Part shown: positions 24,321 to 36,560 of the stretch, one piece after another
Layout: the number at the start of each line of letters is the position of its first letter
Numbering within the stretch: the stretch's first letter is position 1
NCBI GenBank assembly: GCA_000146045.2
Contig: BK006934.2
Location: 320,001-384,000 of the forward strand
Origin: TPA_inf: Saccharomyces
Lineage: Eukaryota
Length of the DNA: 64,000 nt
Direction of reading: 5' to 3'
Program-made: the position numbers and the translations under genes
Notes under the pieces: generated by a model
The model's input: the letters and a program-made list of their open reading frames with translations, nothing else
What the model was told of the DNA's origin: nothing
The model's database searches: none

Positions 24321-25628
24321 TTATAAAGGTTCTGTTAATGCCAAATCCATTTCAATTCTTTTCTTCCAAATATTGTACTGGTCGTCTGTGACCAAAATAT
24401 TGGTGGTTTGTAACATCGATCCCAGTTTCCTAAATATAATTTCATCGTATCTGATGCCATCAAAATCATCATACCTAATTTGCAAATCTCTGAACCATTT
24501 TTCACCGATAATTAATTCCTTCACTAATTTTACACATTCAATAACATCATCCACTTTTGACGTCAACATCAAGCTGCACATCTTACTGACTATAAAATGG
24601 TCAATTCTTGGATCCTTGCGTCTTCTTTCATTAAATACAATGAATGTACAATTTAATACTAACCCACACACTAATTGCCATGGGCAAACCAATCTTGACG
24701 CGTTTATGTTGTACTCATCCACAATTTTATATGCTACTTCTCTTGGTAATTCAAAATCGTTGCAAAGCCGTATTATTTCTTCAGTAGTCATTTTGCAATA
24801 CTTCTTTACTAACAAAGAATTTGGTATTCTGCCCCTTTTCCTCAGGGCTTTTGCCGTCTTCAATTCTGATTGCGGTTTTCCAACTGCCTTATTTTGTTTC
24901 GTTCTCCCGCTTCTGCTTTCTTGCACACCTAATGGCTCTTCCTCACTTGTAGGGTCACTTTCATGGTTTTCATACTCATCAGAATCTACATTTCTGGTTC
25001 CAGTAATGCTCTTATTACTATGGCTTTTTAAAGACAAACCGTCGTTTCCTGGTTCCTCTTCATCCTCATCCTCATCCTCTTCAAATGCTAACTTTCTCCT
25101 AGTAATAGACGGCGATTCATTGGTTTGCATGGGGGGTAGTTCTGGTATTACGAACGAATCATTATTTTGGCTTTTCCTAACTTTAGTTGGTGTACCAAAC
25201 AGTTGATTCCTCAACTCTTTCGGATCAGAAGAAGTAAACCTCCCACCGTTCTTTACTGGACTGCGTTTGTTCTTTTTGGGGCTCGGTGTCCAAGCAAATT
25301 GTTTCATAGGTGAAGAATTAGATAAACTTTGTCTGAAAAGGTTCATTAAATGCTTGGCTTTTTTCGGCTCCAAGGGAATACTGTCTATATAATAGCAAAG
25401 GTCAGGCATGTGTTTTTCATTCATTTTCTGTGACGCTATGTATGCACATATGTGACATCTAGCAACCTCTTCATCTTGTTTCAGCATTACCTTGTTCAGT
25501 GAAGTATTATATAAAATCGATGTCGCATTAGTCAACTTCTTCAAATATCCGCTCGACCAGTCCGGTTTTTCTTGTGGATCTAGTCGAAGTACTTCTGCGA
25601 CACAATGTTGGACTTGTTGCATGGACAT
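24321..25628 (-). CDS. ORC6: Origin recognition complex subunit 6, 435 aa
   Basis: 435 aa from the internal Met ([14 protein letters not shown]). Acidic/Ser-rich middle with S/TP CDK sites. Position matches YHR118C. Confidence 0.85.
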
Positions 25629-26042
25629 GACTGGTTTTAATGGTATTGTTTTGGCCAATTTTATTTACTGATATTGTACACTTTTTTCTGCAATTTTAGT
25701 GTGAGATTTTTTTTTTCAATGCCGATTTCTTACTAACGTAAACAACGGCAAAGAACAAAGAAATACACAGTTTTATCACAAAGAGTTGATTTTTGCTGAA
25801 GAGAAGCGTGAGGAGTGTATTCGAAAGCCTTGCATATTCTGGACACTTGCGATTCTAGCTCTTTACGGACGCCCGCATTCTTTTTTCATACTCTGTTTCG
25901 TGCTGCTTTCACACAATATTTTTCAAAAGTTTCTTCTCATCGTTTTTCTGTTAGCAACCCTCAACTTACGAGAGAGTTGCGACTAGCATAGGTAACATTC
26001 CTTATTTGTTGAATCTTTATAAGAGGTCTCTGCGTTTAGAGA

Positions 26043-29000
26043 ATGTCAAATTACTATAGAAGAGCACACGCGTCTTCTGGTTCATACAGACAACCCCAGG
26101 AACAGCCTCAATATTCGCGTTCTGGTCACTATCAGTATTCAAACGGCCATTCTCACCAACAATATTCTAGTCAATATAATCAACGTCGACGTTATAACCA
26201 TAATGATGGTACAAGGCGACGCTATAATGACGATCGCCCACATAGTTCAAACAATGCAAGTACGCGACAGTACTATGCTACTAACAACAGCCAAAGCGGC
26301 CCATATGTAAATAAGAAATCTGACATCAGTAGTCGGAGGGGCATGTCTCAATCACGGTATTCAAATAGCAATGTTCACAATACATTAGCGTCTTCGAGTG
26401 GATCTCTTCCCACAGAATCTGCTCTGCTTTTGCAACAAAGACCACCTTCAGTTTTGAGATACAACACAGATAATTTGAAGTCTAAGTTTCATTATTTTGA
26501 TCCCATAAAAGGCGAGTTCTTCAATAAGGATAAGATGCTTTCGTGGAAGGCTACAGATAAAGAATTTTCTGAAACAGGTTATTACGTAGTCAAAGAGTTA
26601 CAAGATGGACAGTTTAAGTTCAAAATAAAACACAGACATCCGGAGATAAAAGCATCCGACCCACGTAATGAAAACGGTATCATGACTAGCGGAAAAGTGG
26701 CAACCCACAGAAAATGCAGGAACTCACTAATTCTATTGCCTCGCATATCTTATGACAGGTACTCCTTAGGGCCTCCCCCTTCATGTGAAATAGTTGTCTA
26801 TCCAGCGCAAGATTCAACAACAACCAATATCCAAGACATATCAATAAAAAACTATTTTAAAAAGTATGGAGAAATTTCTCATTTTGAAGCATTTAATGAT
26901 CCTAATAGCGCTTTACCTTTGCATGTTTATCTTATAAAGTATGCCAGTTCTGATGGAAAAATTAATGATGCAGCAAAAGCAGCCTTTAGTGCCGTTAGAA
27001 AGCACGAATCTTCGGGTTGCTTTATCATGGGCTTCAAGTTCGAAGTGATTTTAAACAAGCATTCCATTTTGAATAATATCATTTCTAAATTTGTTGAAAT
27101 AAATGTCAAAAAGCTACAGAAGTTACAAGAGAACCTGAAGAAGGCTAAAGAGAAAGAAGCAGAAAACGAAAAAGCAAAGGAATTACAGGGCAAAGATATT
27201 ACCTTGCCCAAGGAACCTAAGGTAGACACATTATCTCATTCGTCCGGAAGTGAAAAAAGAATTCCATATGATCTCTTGGGGGTAGTTAATAACAGACCTG
27301 TTTTACATGTCTCCAAAATATTTGTTGCCAAACATAGGTTCTGCGTTGAGGACTTTAAATACAAGTTAAGGGGATACAGATGTGCGAAATTTATTGATCA
27401 TCCAACTGGTATCTATATTATTTTTAATGACATTGCCCATGCGCAAACATGTTCGAATGCAGAGTCAGGAAATTTAACAATAATGTCTCGGAGCAGAAGA
27501 ATTCCTATTCTAATAAAGTTTCATCTCATTCTCCCTAGGTTCCAAAACAGAACTAGATTCAATAAATCTAGCTCATCTTCAAATTCTACAAATGTACCTA
27601 TAAAATACGAGTCCAAAGAGGAGTTCATTGAAGCTACAGCAAAACAAATATTAAAAGATTTGGAAAAGACTTTACATGTTGATATTAAGAAGAGATTGAT
27701 TGGTCCTACGGTATTTGATGCTTTGGACCATGCAAATTTTCCTGAATTGTTAGCTAAAAGAGAACTAAAGGAGAAAGAGAAGAGACAACAGATTGCATCT
27801 AAAATTGCTGAAGATGAATTGAAACGTAAAGAAGAAGCCAAAAGAGATTTTGATTTGTTTGGTTTATATGGTGGCTATGCAAAATCTAATAAAAGAAATT
27901 TAAAAAGGCATAATTCACTCGCGTTGGATCATACTTCTTTAAAGAGGAAAAAGCTATCCAATGGTATCAAACCAATGGCACATTTACTGAACGAAGAAAC
28001 CGATTCCAAAGAAACTACCCCATTGAACGATGAAGGGATCACTCGCGTATCAAAAGAACATGATGAAGAAGACGAAAATATGACATCTTCATCTTCTGAA
28101 GAAGAGGAAGAAGAAGCTCCAGATAAGAAATTCAAGAGTGAGTCTGAGCCAACCACCCCCGAATCTGATCACCTTCATGGTATTAAGCCGTTAGTACCCG
28201 ATCAAAATGGGTCGTCTGACGTACTGGATGCTTCTTCGATGTATAAACCTACTGCTACCGAAATTCCCGAACCTGTATATCCACCTGAGGAATATGACTT
28301 GAAATATAGTCAGACTTTATCTTCTATGGATTTGCAGAATGCTATCAAAGATGAGGAAGATATGCTAATTTTAAAGCAGTTATTGAGCACATATACTCCT
28401 ACCGTCACACCAGAAACAAGCGCAGCTCTGGAATATAAAATTTGGCAATCTCGCCGAAAAGTTCTTGAAGAAGAGAAGGCTTCCGATTGGCAAATAGAGC
28501 TTAATGGAACTTTATTTGATAGTGAACTACAACCAGGTAGCTCTTTTAAAGCTGAAGGGTTCAGGAAAATTGCGGATAAATTAAAAATTAATTACCTACC
28601 CCATCGTCGCAGAGTTCACCAACCTTTAAATACGGTGAATATTCACAATGAAAGGAATGAGTACACACCTGAACTTTGTCAAAGAGAAGAATCCTCGAAT
28701 AAAGAACCTTCAGACTCAGTTCCTCAAGAAGTTTCATCCTCTAGAGATAATAGGGCATCAAATAGAAGATTTCAGCAGGACATAGAGGCACAGAAAGCCG
28801 CAATTGGTACGGAATCTGAGCTGCTATCACTAAATCAATTAAATAAAAGAAAAAAGCCAGTTATGTTCGCTCGTTCAGCAATTCACAACTGGGGTTTATA
28901 TGCTCTAGACTCTATCGCAGCAAAGGAAATGATTATCGAGTACGTTGGTGAAAGGATCAGGCAACCTGTAGCAGAAATGAGAGAGAAAAGATATCTGAAA

Positions 29001-29285
29001 AATGGGATTGGATCCAGTTACCTTTTTAGGGTTGATGAAAACACGGTTATTGATGCCACCAAGAAAGGTGGTATAGCCCGTTTCATTAATCATTGTTGTG
29101 ATCCAAATTGTACGGCAAAGATTATAAAGGTTGGCGGGAGAAGGAGAATTGTTATCTATGCACTGCGTGATATCGCGGCAAGCGAAGAGTTGACATATGA
29201 TTACAAATTTGAGAGAGAAAAGGATGACGAGGAAAGACTTCCTTGTTTATGTGGAGCACCTAATTGTAAAGGTTTCTTGAACTGA
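26043..29285 (+). CDS. SET1: Histone H3K4 methyltransferase (COMPASS catalytic subunit), 1080 aa
   Basis: C-terminal N-SET/SET/post-SET ([20 protein letters not shown]...NHCCDPNC...[13 protein letters not shown]), RRM-like region and a Q/N/S/Y-rich N-terminus. 1080 aa. Confidence 0.95.
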   Translation: MSNYYRRAHASSGSYRQPQEQPQYSRSGHYQYSNGHSHQQYSSQYNQRRRYNHNDGTRRRYNDDRPHSSNNASTRQYYATNNSQSGPYVNKKSDISSRRGMSQSRYSNSNVHNTLASSSGSLPTESALLLQQRPPSVLRYNTDNLKSKFHYFDPIKGEFFNKDKMLSWKATDKEFSETGYYVVKELQDGQFKFKIKHRHPEIKASDPRNENGIMTSGKVATHRKCRNSLILLPRISYDRYSLGPPPSCEIVVYPAQDSTTTNIQDISIKNYFKKYGEISHFEAFNDPNSALPLHVYLIKYASSDGKINDAAKAAFSAVRKHESSGCFIMGFKFEVILNKHSILNNIISKFVEINVKKLQKLQENLKKAKEKEAENEKAKELQGKDITLPKEPKVDTLSHSSGSEKRIPYDLLGVVNNRPVLHVSKIFVAKHRFCVEDFKYKLRGYRCAKFIDHPTGIYIIFNDIAHAQTCSNAESGNLTIMSRSRRIPILIKFHLILPRFQNRTRFNKSSSSSNSTNVPIKYESKEEFIEATAKQILKDLEKTLHVDIKKRLIGPTVFDALDHANFPELLAKRELKEKEKRQQIASKIAEDELKRKEEAKRDFDLFGLYGGYAKSNKRNLKRHNSLALDHTSLKRKKLSNGIKPMAHLLNEETDSKETTPLNDEGITRVSKEHDEEDENMTSSSSEEEEEEAPDKKFKSESEPTTPESDHLHGIKPLVPDQNGSSDVLDASSMYKPTATEIPEPVYPPEEYDLKYSQTLSSMDLQNAIKDEEDMLILKQLLSTYTPTVTPETSAALEYKIWQSRRKVLEEEKASDWQIELNGTLFDSELQPGSSFKAEGFRKIADKLKINYLPHRRRVHQPLNTVNIHNERNEYTPELCQREESSNKEPSDSVPQEVSSSRDNRASNRRFQQDIEAQKAAIGTESELLSLNQLNKRKKPVMFARSAIHNWGLYALDSIAAKEMIIEYVGERIRQPVAEMREKRYLKNGIGSSYLFRVDENTVIDATKKGGIARFINHCCDPNCTAKIIKVGGRRRIVIYALRDIAASEELTYDYKFEREKDDEERLPCLCGAPNCKGFLN

Positions 29286-29573
29286 CGATGATACATTGAT
29301 TTGTTTGGAGCTTCCTGATTTAACATATCGTTGCTTTCCAGCAAAAGGTAAAGATAAATACTAAACTGTATACATCTATAAGTAATCTCGGCCATTATTT
29401 TAACGATTAGTACTTTTGTTCGTGTCATTTTTTTGGAAAATTTTGCGATCTCTCACTGTTGAAGAATAAAGATTTCGCGATGACTTTTGCTTGCAGAGAA
29501 ATGCCTGAAAACACGAACATTCAATAATATAGATGGTACATAACATATGCGCAAGAAAACGTAAAGGCCACGG

Positions 29574-32453
29574 ATGAAGCATTTCTTTAGGCTACCGACA
29601 GCATTCCGGCCCATTTCTAGGGTTTCCTTACGATATTCTAGTACTGATACCGCTCAACCAAAAATATCAAAACTCAAAATTAGTTTTAATAAAATTTCTG
29701 AATCAAATAGCGAAAAAAAAGATAATTTGGGTTCAATTGACACACGAAATTGTCTTTCGACTCAGCAAGATGACAAACTATCAAGCACTGAGCCCTCGAA
29801 GGCTTCCCTTCCACCATCATTACAATATGTTCGTGACTTGATGGATTTGTATAAGGATCATGTGGTTTTAACACAAATGGGGTCATTTTATGAACTTTAC
29901 TTTGAACAAGCAATTAGATACGCTCCAGAATTAAATATATCATTGACGAATCGAGCTTATAGTCATGGCAAAGTTCCATTTGCTGGGTTTCCTGTACACC
30001 AGTTAAGTCGACATTTAAAAATGCTTGTTAACAATTGCGGATACAGTGTAACTATCGCAGAGCAATTCAAAAAAAAGGACGTGGCAGATAATGAAGCCAA
30101 TAAATTCTATAGGAGAGTGACTAGAATCGTTACTCCCGGCACTTTTATTGATGAAGCATTTGAAAATTTGAGGGAAAATACATATCTCCTGAACATCGAA
30201 TTTCCTGAAAACTGTATGAGTCAAGTGGCAGACACGAGTCTAAAAGTTGGTATATGTTGGTGTGATGTGAGTACTGGGGAGATATTTGTTCAACAAGTGT
30301 ATCTTAGAGATTTGGTTTCTGCAATAACAAGAATTCAACCTAAGGAGATTTTATTAGATGAAAGATTACTTGAGTTTCATATCGAGTCAGGGACGTGGTA
30401 TCCTGAACTTGTTGAGCTTAAAAAATTTTTTATAAAATATCAGAAAATGCCCAGTCAACATCGCACTATTGAATCATTCTATGGGCTGTTTAATTTGGGA
30501 GGTAAAGAAGCAACGGAAAGGCAATTGAAAATCCAATTTCAAACTTTTACTCAGAAGGAGTTAGCTGCTTTGAGGAATACATTAATATACGTAAGTAATC
30601 ATCTACCTGATTTCTCTATTAATTTTCAGATTCCTCAGAGACAATTAGCAACGGCGATAATGCAAATTGATTCAAGAACCAGCACTGCACTTGAATTGCA
30701 TTCTACTGTAAGAGACAACAATAAAAAAGGCTCTCTGTTATCATCTATAAGAAGGACAGTTACACCTTCAGGAACAAGACTTCTGTCTCAATGGTTGAGT
30801 GGACCTTCCCTTGATTTGAAAGAAATTAAAAAGCGTCAGAAAATTGTAGCATTTTTCAAAGACAACCGTGATATCACTGAAACACTACGGACTATGTTGA
30901 AAAAAGTAAATGATCTATCCCGTATACTTCAAAAGTTTAGTTTCGGAAGGGGCGAGGCATTAGAACTTATTCAAATGGCACGTTCACTAGAGGTTTCAAG
31001 AGAAATAAGAAAATATTTACTAAATAACACGTCGTTGATGAAAGCTACATTAAAGAGTCAAATCACACAGCTGACTGAGTCTTTAAATTTTGAAAAAAAT
31101 TTGATTGATGATATTTTGAAGTTTTTAAATGAGGAAGAGCTAGCAAAGTCACAAGATGCTAAACAGAATGCAGATGTAACTAGAATGCTTGACATAGATG
31201 TAAAAGACAAGAAAGAAAGTAACAAAGATGAGATTTTTGAATTAAGAGATTTTATCGTAAACCCTTCGTTCAATACCAAACTTAGGAAATTGCATGACAC
31301 TTATCAGGGCGTTTGGCAAAAAAAAACTGAGTACAATGCTTTATTAAAAGGTTTTTTTGTTGGCGACCTAGGTGCTAAGACTTTCACCTTGAAGGAAAGG
31401 CAAAACGGTGAGTATGCCCTCCATGTGACAGGAACAGCCTCTAGTTTAAAGAAAATTGATGAGTTAATTAGTAAATCGACGGAGTACCACGGAAGTTGCT
31501 TCCATATTTTGCAAAAATCAAGCCAAACACGATGGTTGAGTCACAAAATTTGGACAGACTTGGGGCACGAGTTGGAATTATTAAATTTAAAGATTAGGAA
31601 TGAAGAGGCTAATATTATTGATCTTTTTAAAAGGAAATTTATTGATAGAAGTAACGAGGTCAGACAAGTTGCAACTACACTGGGCTATCTTGATACCTTA
31701 TCGTCCTTTGCTGTGTTAGCTAACGAGAGAAATTTAGTCTGCCCAAAAGTGGATGAGAGCAATAAACTAGAAGTAGTGAATGGGAGACATCTAATGGTTG
31801 AAGAGGGTCTTTCCGCGCGCTCTTTGGAGACATTCACGGCCAATAACTGCGAATTGGCGAAGGACAATTTATGGGTAATTACCGGACCGAATATGGGTGG
31901 TAAATCTACATTCTTAAGACAGAATGCAATTATAGTCATTCTGGCGCAAATTGGATGTTTTGTTCCATGCAGTAAGGCGCGTGTGGGTATTGTAGATAAG
32001 CTTTTTAGCCGAGTTGGTTCAGCAGATGATCTGTACAATGAGATGAGTACGTTCATGGTTGAGATGATAGAAACATCGTTCATCTTGCAAGGAGCTACGG
32101 AACGGTCTTTAGCTATTCTAGATGAGATTGGCCGTGGGACTAGTGGTAAAGAAGGCATTAGCATCGCTTATGCAACTTTAAAGTATTTGTTAGAGAACAA
32201 TCAATGCAGAACGCTTTTTGCTACACATTTTGGTCAAGAACTGAAGCAAATCATTGATAACAAATGTTCGAAAGGAATGAGCGAAAAGGTCAAGTTTTAC
32301 CAAAGCGGAATCACTGATTTAGGTGGAAACAATTTTTGTTACAACCATAAGTTGAAGCCGGGCATCTGCACGAAATCAGATGCCATTAGAGTTGCGGAAT
32401 TGGCCGGATTTCCAATGGAAGCGTTAAAAGAAGCCCGCGAAATATTGGGATAA
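29574..32453 (+). CDS. MSH1: Mitochondrial MutS homolog (mtDNA mismatch repair), 959 aa
   Basis: MutS domains with Walker A ([14 protein letters not shown]) and ABC signature/Walker B (STFMVEM...DEIGRGTS). Probable N-terminal presequence. 959 aa. Confidence 0.93.
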
Positions 32454-32755
32454 CTTTTGAATACAACTATTAATTGTATATAATTTGACATGTAATATAA
32501 TAAGATGTGGAATCAATTTCCCTGTCTTTTTTTTCAAAAGCGACTGTGAAGATACTTAGAAAATGGCAAAAACGGTAGTTTGCAAATTTCCGTAGTTTGT
32601 CGCGCGAATGATATTAGCGGAAACAAAACGATCAAACCTTATACCATGAATATAATGGTGGATATTTATTACGGTAAGGAAACACTCTGAGCCAGGCTTG
32701 TAAATAGCGGTTATCTAAGCTTGTAACTAAAGAAATCAATTTGCATCTTTCGTCC

Positions 32756-33319
32756 ATGAGTGTCAGCCTTGAGCAAACGCTCGGATTCAGAATAAAAGTT
32801 ACGAACGTGTTGGATGTAGTTACTGAAGGAAGATTGTATTCGTTCAATTCATCCAACAACACTCTTACTATCCAAACAACAAAGAAGAATCAATCTCCAC
32901 AAAACTTCAAGGTGATAAAATGTACATTCATCAAGCATTTGGAAGTCATTGGTGATAAGCCCTCGTTTAACTCATTCAAAAAGCAACAAATCAAACCCTC
33001 ATATGTCAACGTGGAAAGAGTTGAGAAGCTTTTGAAAGAAAGTGTAATAGCATCTAAAAAGAAAGAACTCTTAAGGGGCAAGGGTGTGAGTGCAGAGGGT
33101 CAGTTCATTTTCGATCAAATCTTCAAGACCATAGGAGATACTAAGTGGGTGGCTAAAGACATCATTATTCTTGATGACGTTAAGGTGCAACCTCCATACA
33201 AGGTCGAAGATATCAAAGTGCTACATGAGGGAAGTAACCAATCCATTACATTAATTCAAAGAATAGTGGAAAGAAGCTGGGAGCAGCTAGAACAAGACGA
33301 TGGTAGGAAAGGTGGATAG
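32756..33319 (+). CDS. LSM12: Sm-like protein Lsm12, 187 aa
   Basis: Lsm/AD domain organisation. The start is taken at MSVSLEQTLGF, five codons inside the track ORF. Confidence 0.82.
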   Translation: MSVSLEQTLGFRIKVTNVLDVVTEGRLYSFNSSNNTLTIQTTKKNQSPQNFKVIKCTFIKHLEVIGDKPSFNSFKKQQIKPSYVNVERVEKLLKESVIASKKKELLRGKGVSAEGQFIFDQIFKTIGDTKWVAKDIIILDDVKVQPPYKVEDIKVLHEGSNQSITLIQRIVERSWEQLEQDDGRKGG

Positions 33320-33624
33320 ATTAATTAATGACGGAAACGATAATATACGTTATATATTTTATCCGTACTTCTATAATGTCAACTATTGTTTATAAAGAGA
33401 TCCATTTGAGTCTACAGATTTTTCTATTTATCAAACTATAATATTCCACCACTCTCTTCTCAGTCGCAATGCTTGGGTGTACGGTGTTTGAATAATTGAA
33501 TTAGATTTAAATGCGAATAAGTGATGACTAACAAGCAAAAAAATCGAGTATTTCAAGATCCAGTCGAATATAAAATCTTGCTACTGCATTATTCTACGAT
33601 TTCCTGTTATCACTTATAGTACAC

Positions 33625-34320
33625 ATGTCTGAGTTTTTGAATGAAAATCCCGACATTTTAGAGGAGAACCAACTTCCCACTAGAAAAGAAGATAGTACCA
33701 AGGACCTTTTGTTAGGCGGGTTCAGCAACGAAGCTACGCTGGAAAGGAGAAGCCTTTTGCTGAAAATAGACCATTCTTTAAAGTCTCAGGTATTGCAAGA
33801 TATAGAGGTCTTAGACAAGCTTCTTTCCATTCGAATTCCACCAGAACTGACTTCCGATGAGGATAGTTTGCCAGCAGAAAGCGAGGATGAATCCGTAGCG
33901 GGTGGAGGAAAGGAGGAGGAAGAGCCTGATCTCATTGATGCTCAAGAAATATATGATTTGATAGCTCATATTTCCGACCCTGAGCACCCGTTAAGTCTGG
34001 GACAACTCTCTGTTGTAAATTTGGAAGATATTGATGTTCATGATTCAGGAAACCAGAACGAAATGGCTGAAGTCGTGATCAAAATAACACCAACAATTAC
34101 CCATTGTTCTCTGGCAACGTTGATTGGTCTGGGGATACGGGTCAGGTTAGAAAGGTCTCTTCCCCCAAGATTTAGAATTACTATTTTGTTGAAGAAAGGT
34201 ACTCATGATAGTGAGAACCAGGTAAATAAACAACTAAATGATAAGGAACGTGTAGCAGCTGCATGTGAGAATGAACAACTGTTGGGTGTAGTCTCTAAGA
34301 TGTTAGTGACTTGTAAGTAA
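33625..34320 (+). CDS. CIA2: Cytosolic Fe-S assembly targeting factor (MIP18/DUF59 family), 231 aa
   Basis: Acidic N-terminus followed by a DUF59/MIP18 domain with conserved reactive Cys (ITPTITHCSLATLIGLG). YHR122W position. Confidence 0.82.
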   Translation: MSEFLNENPDILEENQLPTRKEDSTKDLLLGGFSNEATLERRSLLLKIDHSLKSQVLQDIEVLDKLLSIRIPPELTSDEDSLPAESEDESVAGGGKEEEEPDLIDAQEIYDLIAHISDPEHPLSLGQLSVVNLEDIDVHDSGNQNEMAEVVIKITPTITHCSLATLIGLGIRVRLERSLPPRFRITILLKKGTHDSENQVNKQLNDKERVAAACENEQLLGVVSKMLVTCK

Positions 34321-34814
34321 ACGGGGATTCTTCTTTTTGCTTCCCTTACTCACGAAGCTATCAAAAAACATGTAAATTTAACAATGTGCTCTCACTGTAT
34401 AACACAGCTATAGCTACATTTTATTATATAGTATTTTCTCCAATCGATTAAATAACGGTTTTTACAATGGTTTGGTTCCTGTATCTTGTTTATTTTGTTC
34501 AAATGGCAAAATACAGAACACAGGTATAACTTTCTTTGTCTTCTTCATCAAAGAGTATCGCATATCAAACCTTTATGTACATTAACGAACTCTCGACCTA
34601 TAGTAGCCTCCTGGCGTTCGTTCAGTGTTATTCTTACGATTGGTCTCACTTTTCATAAAATTTCACAAGCTTCCATATTTACGCGAGGAATTGTGCGAAA
34701 GGGCTGGACTGAGCATACGTATATTTGTCGAGAAATTACGTTGTGGCTAAGAATACAATGGCATCGTAGTAGGAATTAGAAGTGTAGAATAAGAAAAACA
34801 AGCTAAGGTATAAA

Positions 34815-34864
34815 ATGGGATATTTTGTTCCGGATTCACATATCGAAAATCTAAAGTCATATAA
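34815..34864 (+). CDS. EPT1: EPT1 exon 1 (50 nt; MGYFVPDSHIENLKSY + 2 nt)
   Basis: ATG at 34815, then GTATGT 5' splice site at 34865, TACTAAC branchpoint at 34918-34924 and AG 3' splice site at 34954-34955. The junction restores the frame (..SYK|YQSEDRSL..) into the long ORF. Not present in the ORF track. Confidence 0.85.
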
Positions 34865-34955
34865 GTATGTGAAGCGTCCATTGGCTGCCTTTAAAGTGCA
34901 GAAGTCAGAAGCATTGTTACTAACTTTCAACAATTTTTATTCCTTTTCATGATAG
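34865..34955 (+). other. EPT1: EPT1 spliceosomal intron (91 nt)
   Basis: Canonical yeast GTATGT...TACTAAC...AG signals with a 30-nt branchpoint-to-3'SS distance. Confidence 0.85.
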
Positions 34956-36081
34956 ATATCAAAGTGAAGACCGCTCGCTGGTATCGAAGTATTTCTTAAA
35001 GCCATTTTGGCAAAGATTTTGTCACATATTTCCCACGTGGATGGCGCCCAACATCATCACATTATCAGGATTTGCTTTTATAGTTATCAACGTGTTGACT
35101 GTATTCTATTACGATCCAAACCTTAACACAGATACGCCTCGCTGGACATATTTTTCTTACGCTTTAGGTGTATTCCTATATCAAACGTTCGATGGATGTG
35201 ATGGTGTACACGCTCGCCGTATCAATCAATCAGGACCCTTAGGAGAACTATTCGATCATAGTATTGATGCCATTAATTCTACTCTGTCTATTTTCATCTT
35301 CGCATCCGAAACTGGAATGGGATTTTCGTATAACTTAATGTTATCCCAATTTGCGATGCTGACGAATTTTTACTTAAGTACTTGGGAAGAGTACCATACA
35401 CACACATTATACTTAAGTGAGTTTTCTGGACCCGTGGAAGGCATCCTGATTGTTTGCGTTTCATTGATACTGACAGGTATATACGGAAAACAGGTAATCT
35501 GGCATACCTACTTATTTACAATTACAGTTGGTGATAAGGTAATTGATGTAGACACTCTAGATATTGTTTTTTCCCTAGCTGTTTTCGGTTTGGTTATGAA
35601 CGCATTGTCTGCGAAAAGAAACGTGGATAAGTATTATAGAAACAGCACTTCTTCGGCCAACAATATCACGCAAATTGAGCAAGATAGTGCTATAAAAGGT
35701 CTTTTGCCCTTTTTTGCCTATTATGCAAGCATTGCTTTACTAGTGTGGATGCAACCAAGCTTTATTACACTCTCTTTCATCCTTTCCGTTGGTTTCACGG
35801 GAGCATTTACCGTCGGAAGAATAATCGTTTGCCATTTAACTAAGCAGAGCTTTCCCATGTTCAATGCACCCATGTTAATTCCTTTGTGCCAGATAGTATT
35901 GTACAAAATATGTCTATCCCTTTGGGGAATTGAGTCTAATAAAATCGTCTTTGCCCTATCTTGGCTTGGGTTCGGTCTCTCACTAGGTGTTCACATTATG
36001 TTTATGAATGACATTATCCATGAATTTACTGAGTACCTGGACGTTTATGCTTTATCCATCAAGCGCTCCAAGCTGACATAA
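34956..36081 (+). CDS. EPT1: EPT1 exon 2: sn-1,2-diacylglycerol ethanolamine/cholinephosphotransferase (CDP-alcohol phosphotransferase); spliced product 391 aa
   Basis: CDP-alcohol phosphotransferase motif DGCDGVHARRINQSGPLGELFDHSIDA and multiple TM helices. The track ORF 35041..36081 starts at an internal Met (MAPNIIT). Exon 1 plus exon 2 total 1176 nt, i.e. 391 codons plus stop. Confidence 0.88.
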
Positions 36082-36339
36082 ATCGCACTTTGTATCTACT
36101 TTTTTTTATTCGAAAACAAGGCACAACAATGAATCTATCGCCCTGTGAGATTTTCAATCTCAAGTTTGTGTAATAGATAGCGTTATATTATAGAACTATA
36201 AAGGTCCTTGAATATACATAGTGTTTCATTCCTATTACTGTATATGTGACTTTACATTGTTACTTCCGCGGCTATTTGACGTTTTCTGCTTCAGGTGCGG
36301 CTTGGAGGGCAAAGTGTCAGAAAATCGGCCAGGCCGTAT

Positions 36340-36348
36340 GACACAAAA
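36340..36348 (+). promoter_or_regulatory. Middle sporulation element (MSE, gNCRCAAAW) in the NDT80 promoter
   Basis: GACACAAAA lies 213 bp upstream of the NDT80 ATG, with a URS1-like GCGGCTA nearby (36268-36274). NDT80 is known to autoregulate through MSEs. Confidence 0.5.
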
Positions 36349-36560
36349 GAGTAGAAAACGAGATCTCAAATATCTCGAGGCCTGTCCTCTATACAACCGC
36401 CCAGCTCTCTGACAAAGCTCCAGAACGGTTGTCTTTTGTTTCGAAAAGCCAAGGTCCCTTATAATTGCCCTCCATTTTGTGTCACCTATTTAAGCAAAAA
36501 ATTGAAAGTTTACTAACCTTTCATTAAAGAGAAATAACAATATTATAAAAAGCGCTTAAA

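Noticed and set aside
24373-25206. 277-aa plus-strand ORF antisense to ORC6
   Set aside because: It is entirely within the ORC6 CDS on the opposite strand. It is Ser/Leu-rich low complexity with a poly-Ser run that mirrors ORC6's acidic region.
31685-32164. 159-aa minus-strand ORF antisense to MSH1
   Set aside because: It overlaps the conserved MutS ATPase-coding region on the opposite strand. It is an artefact.
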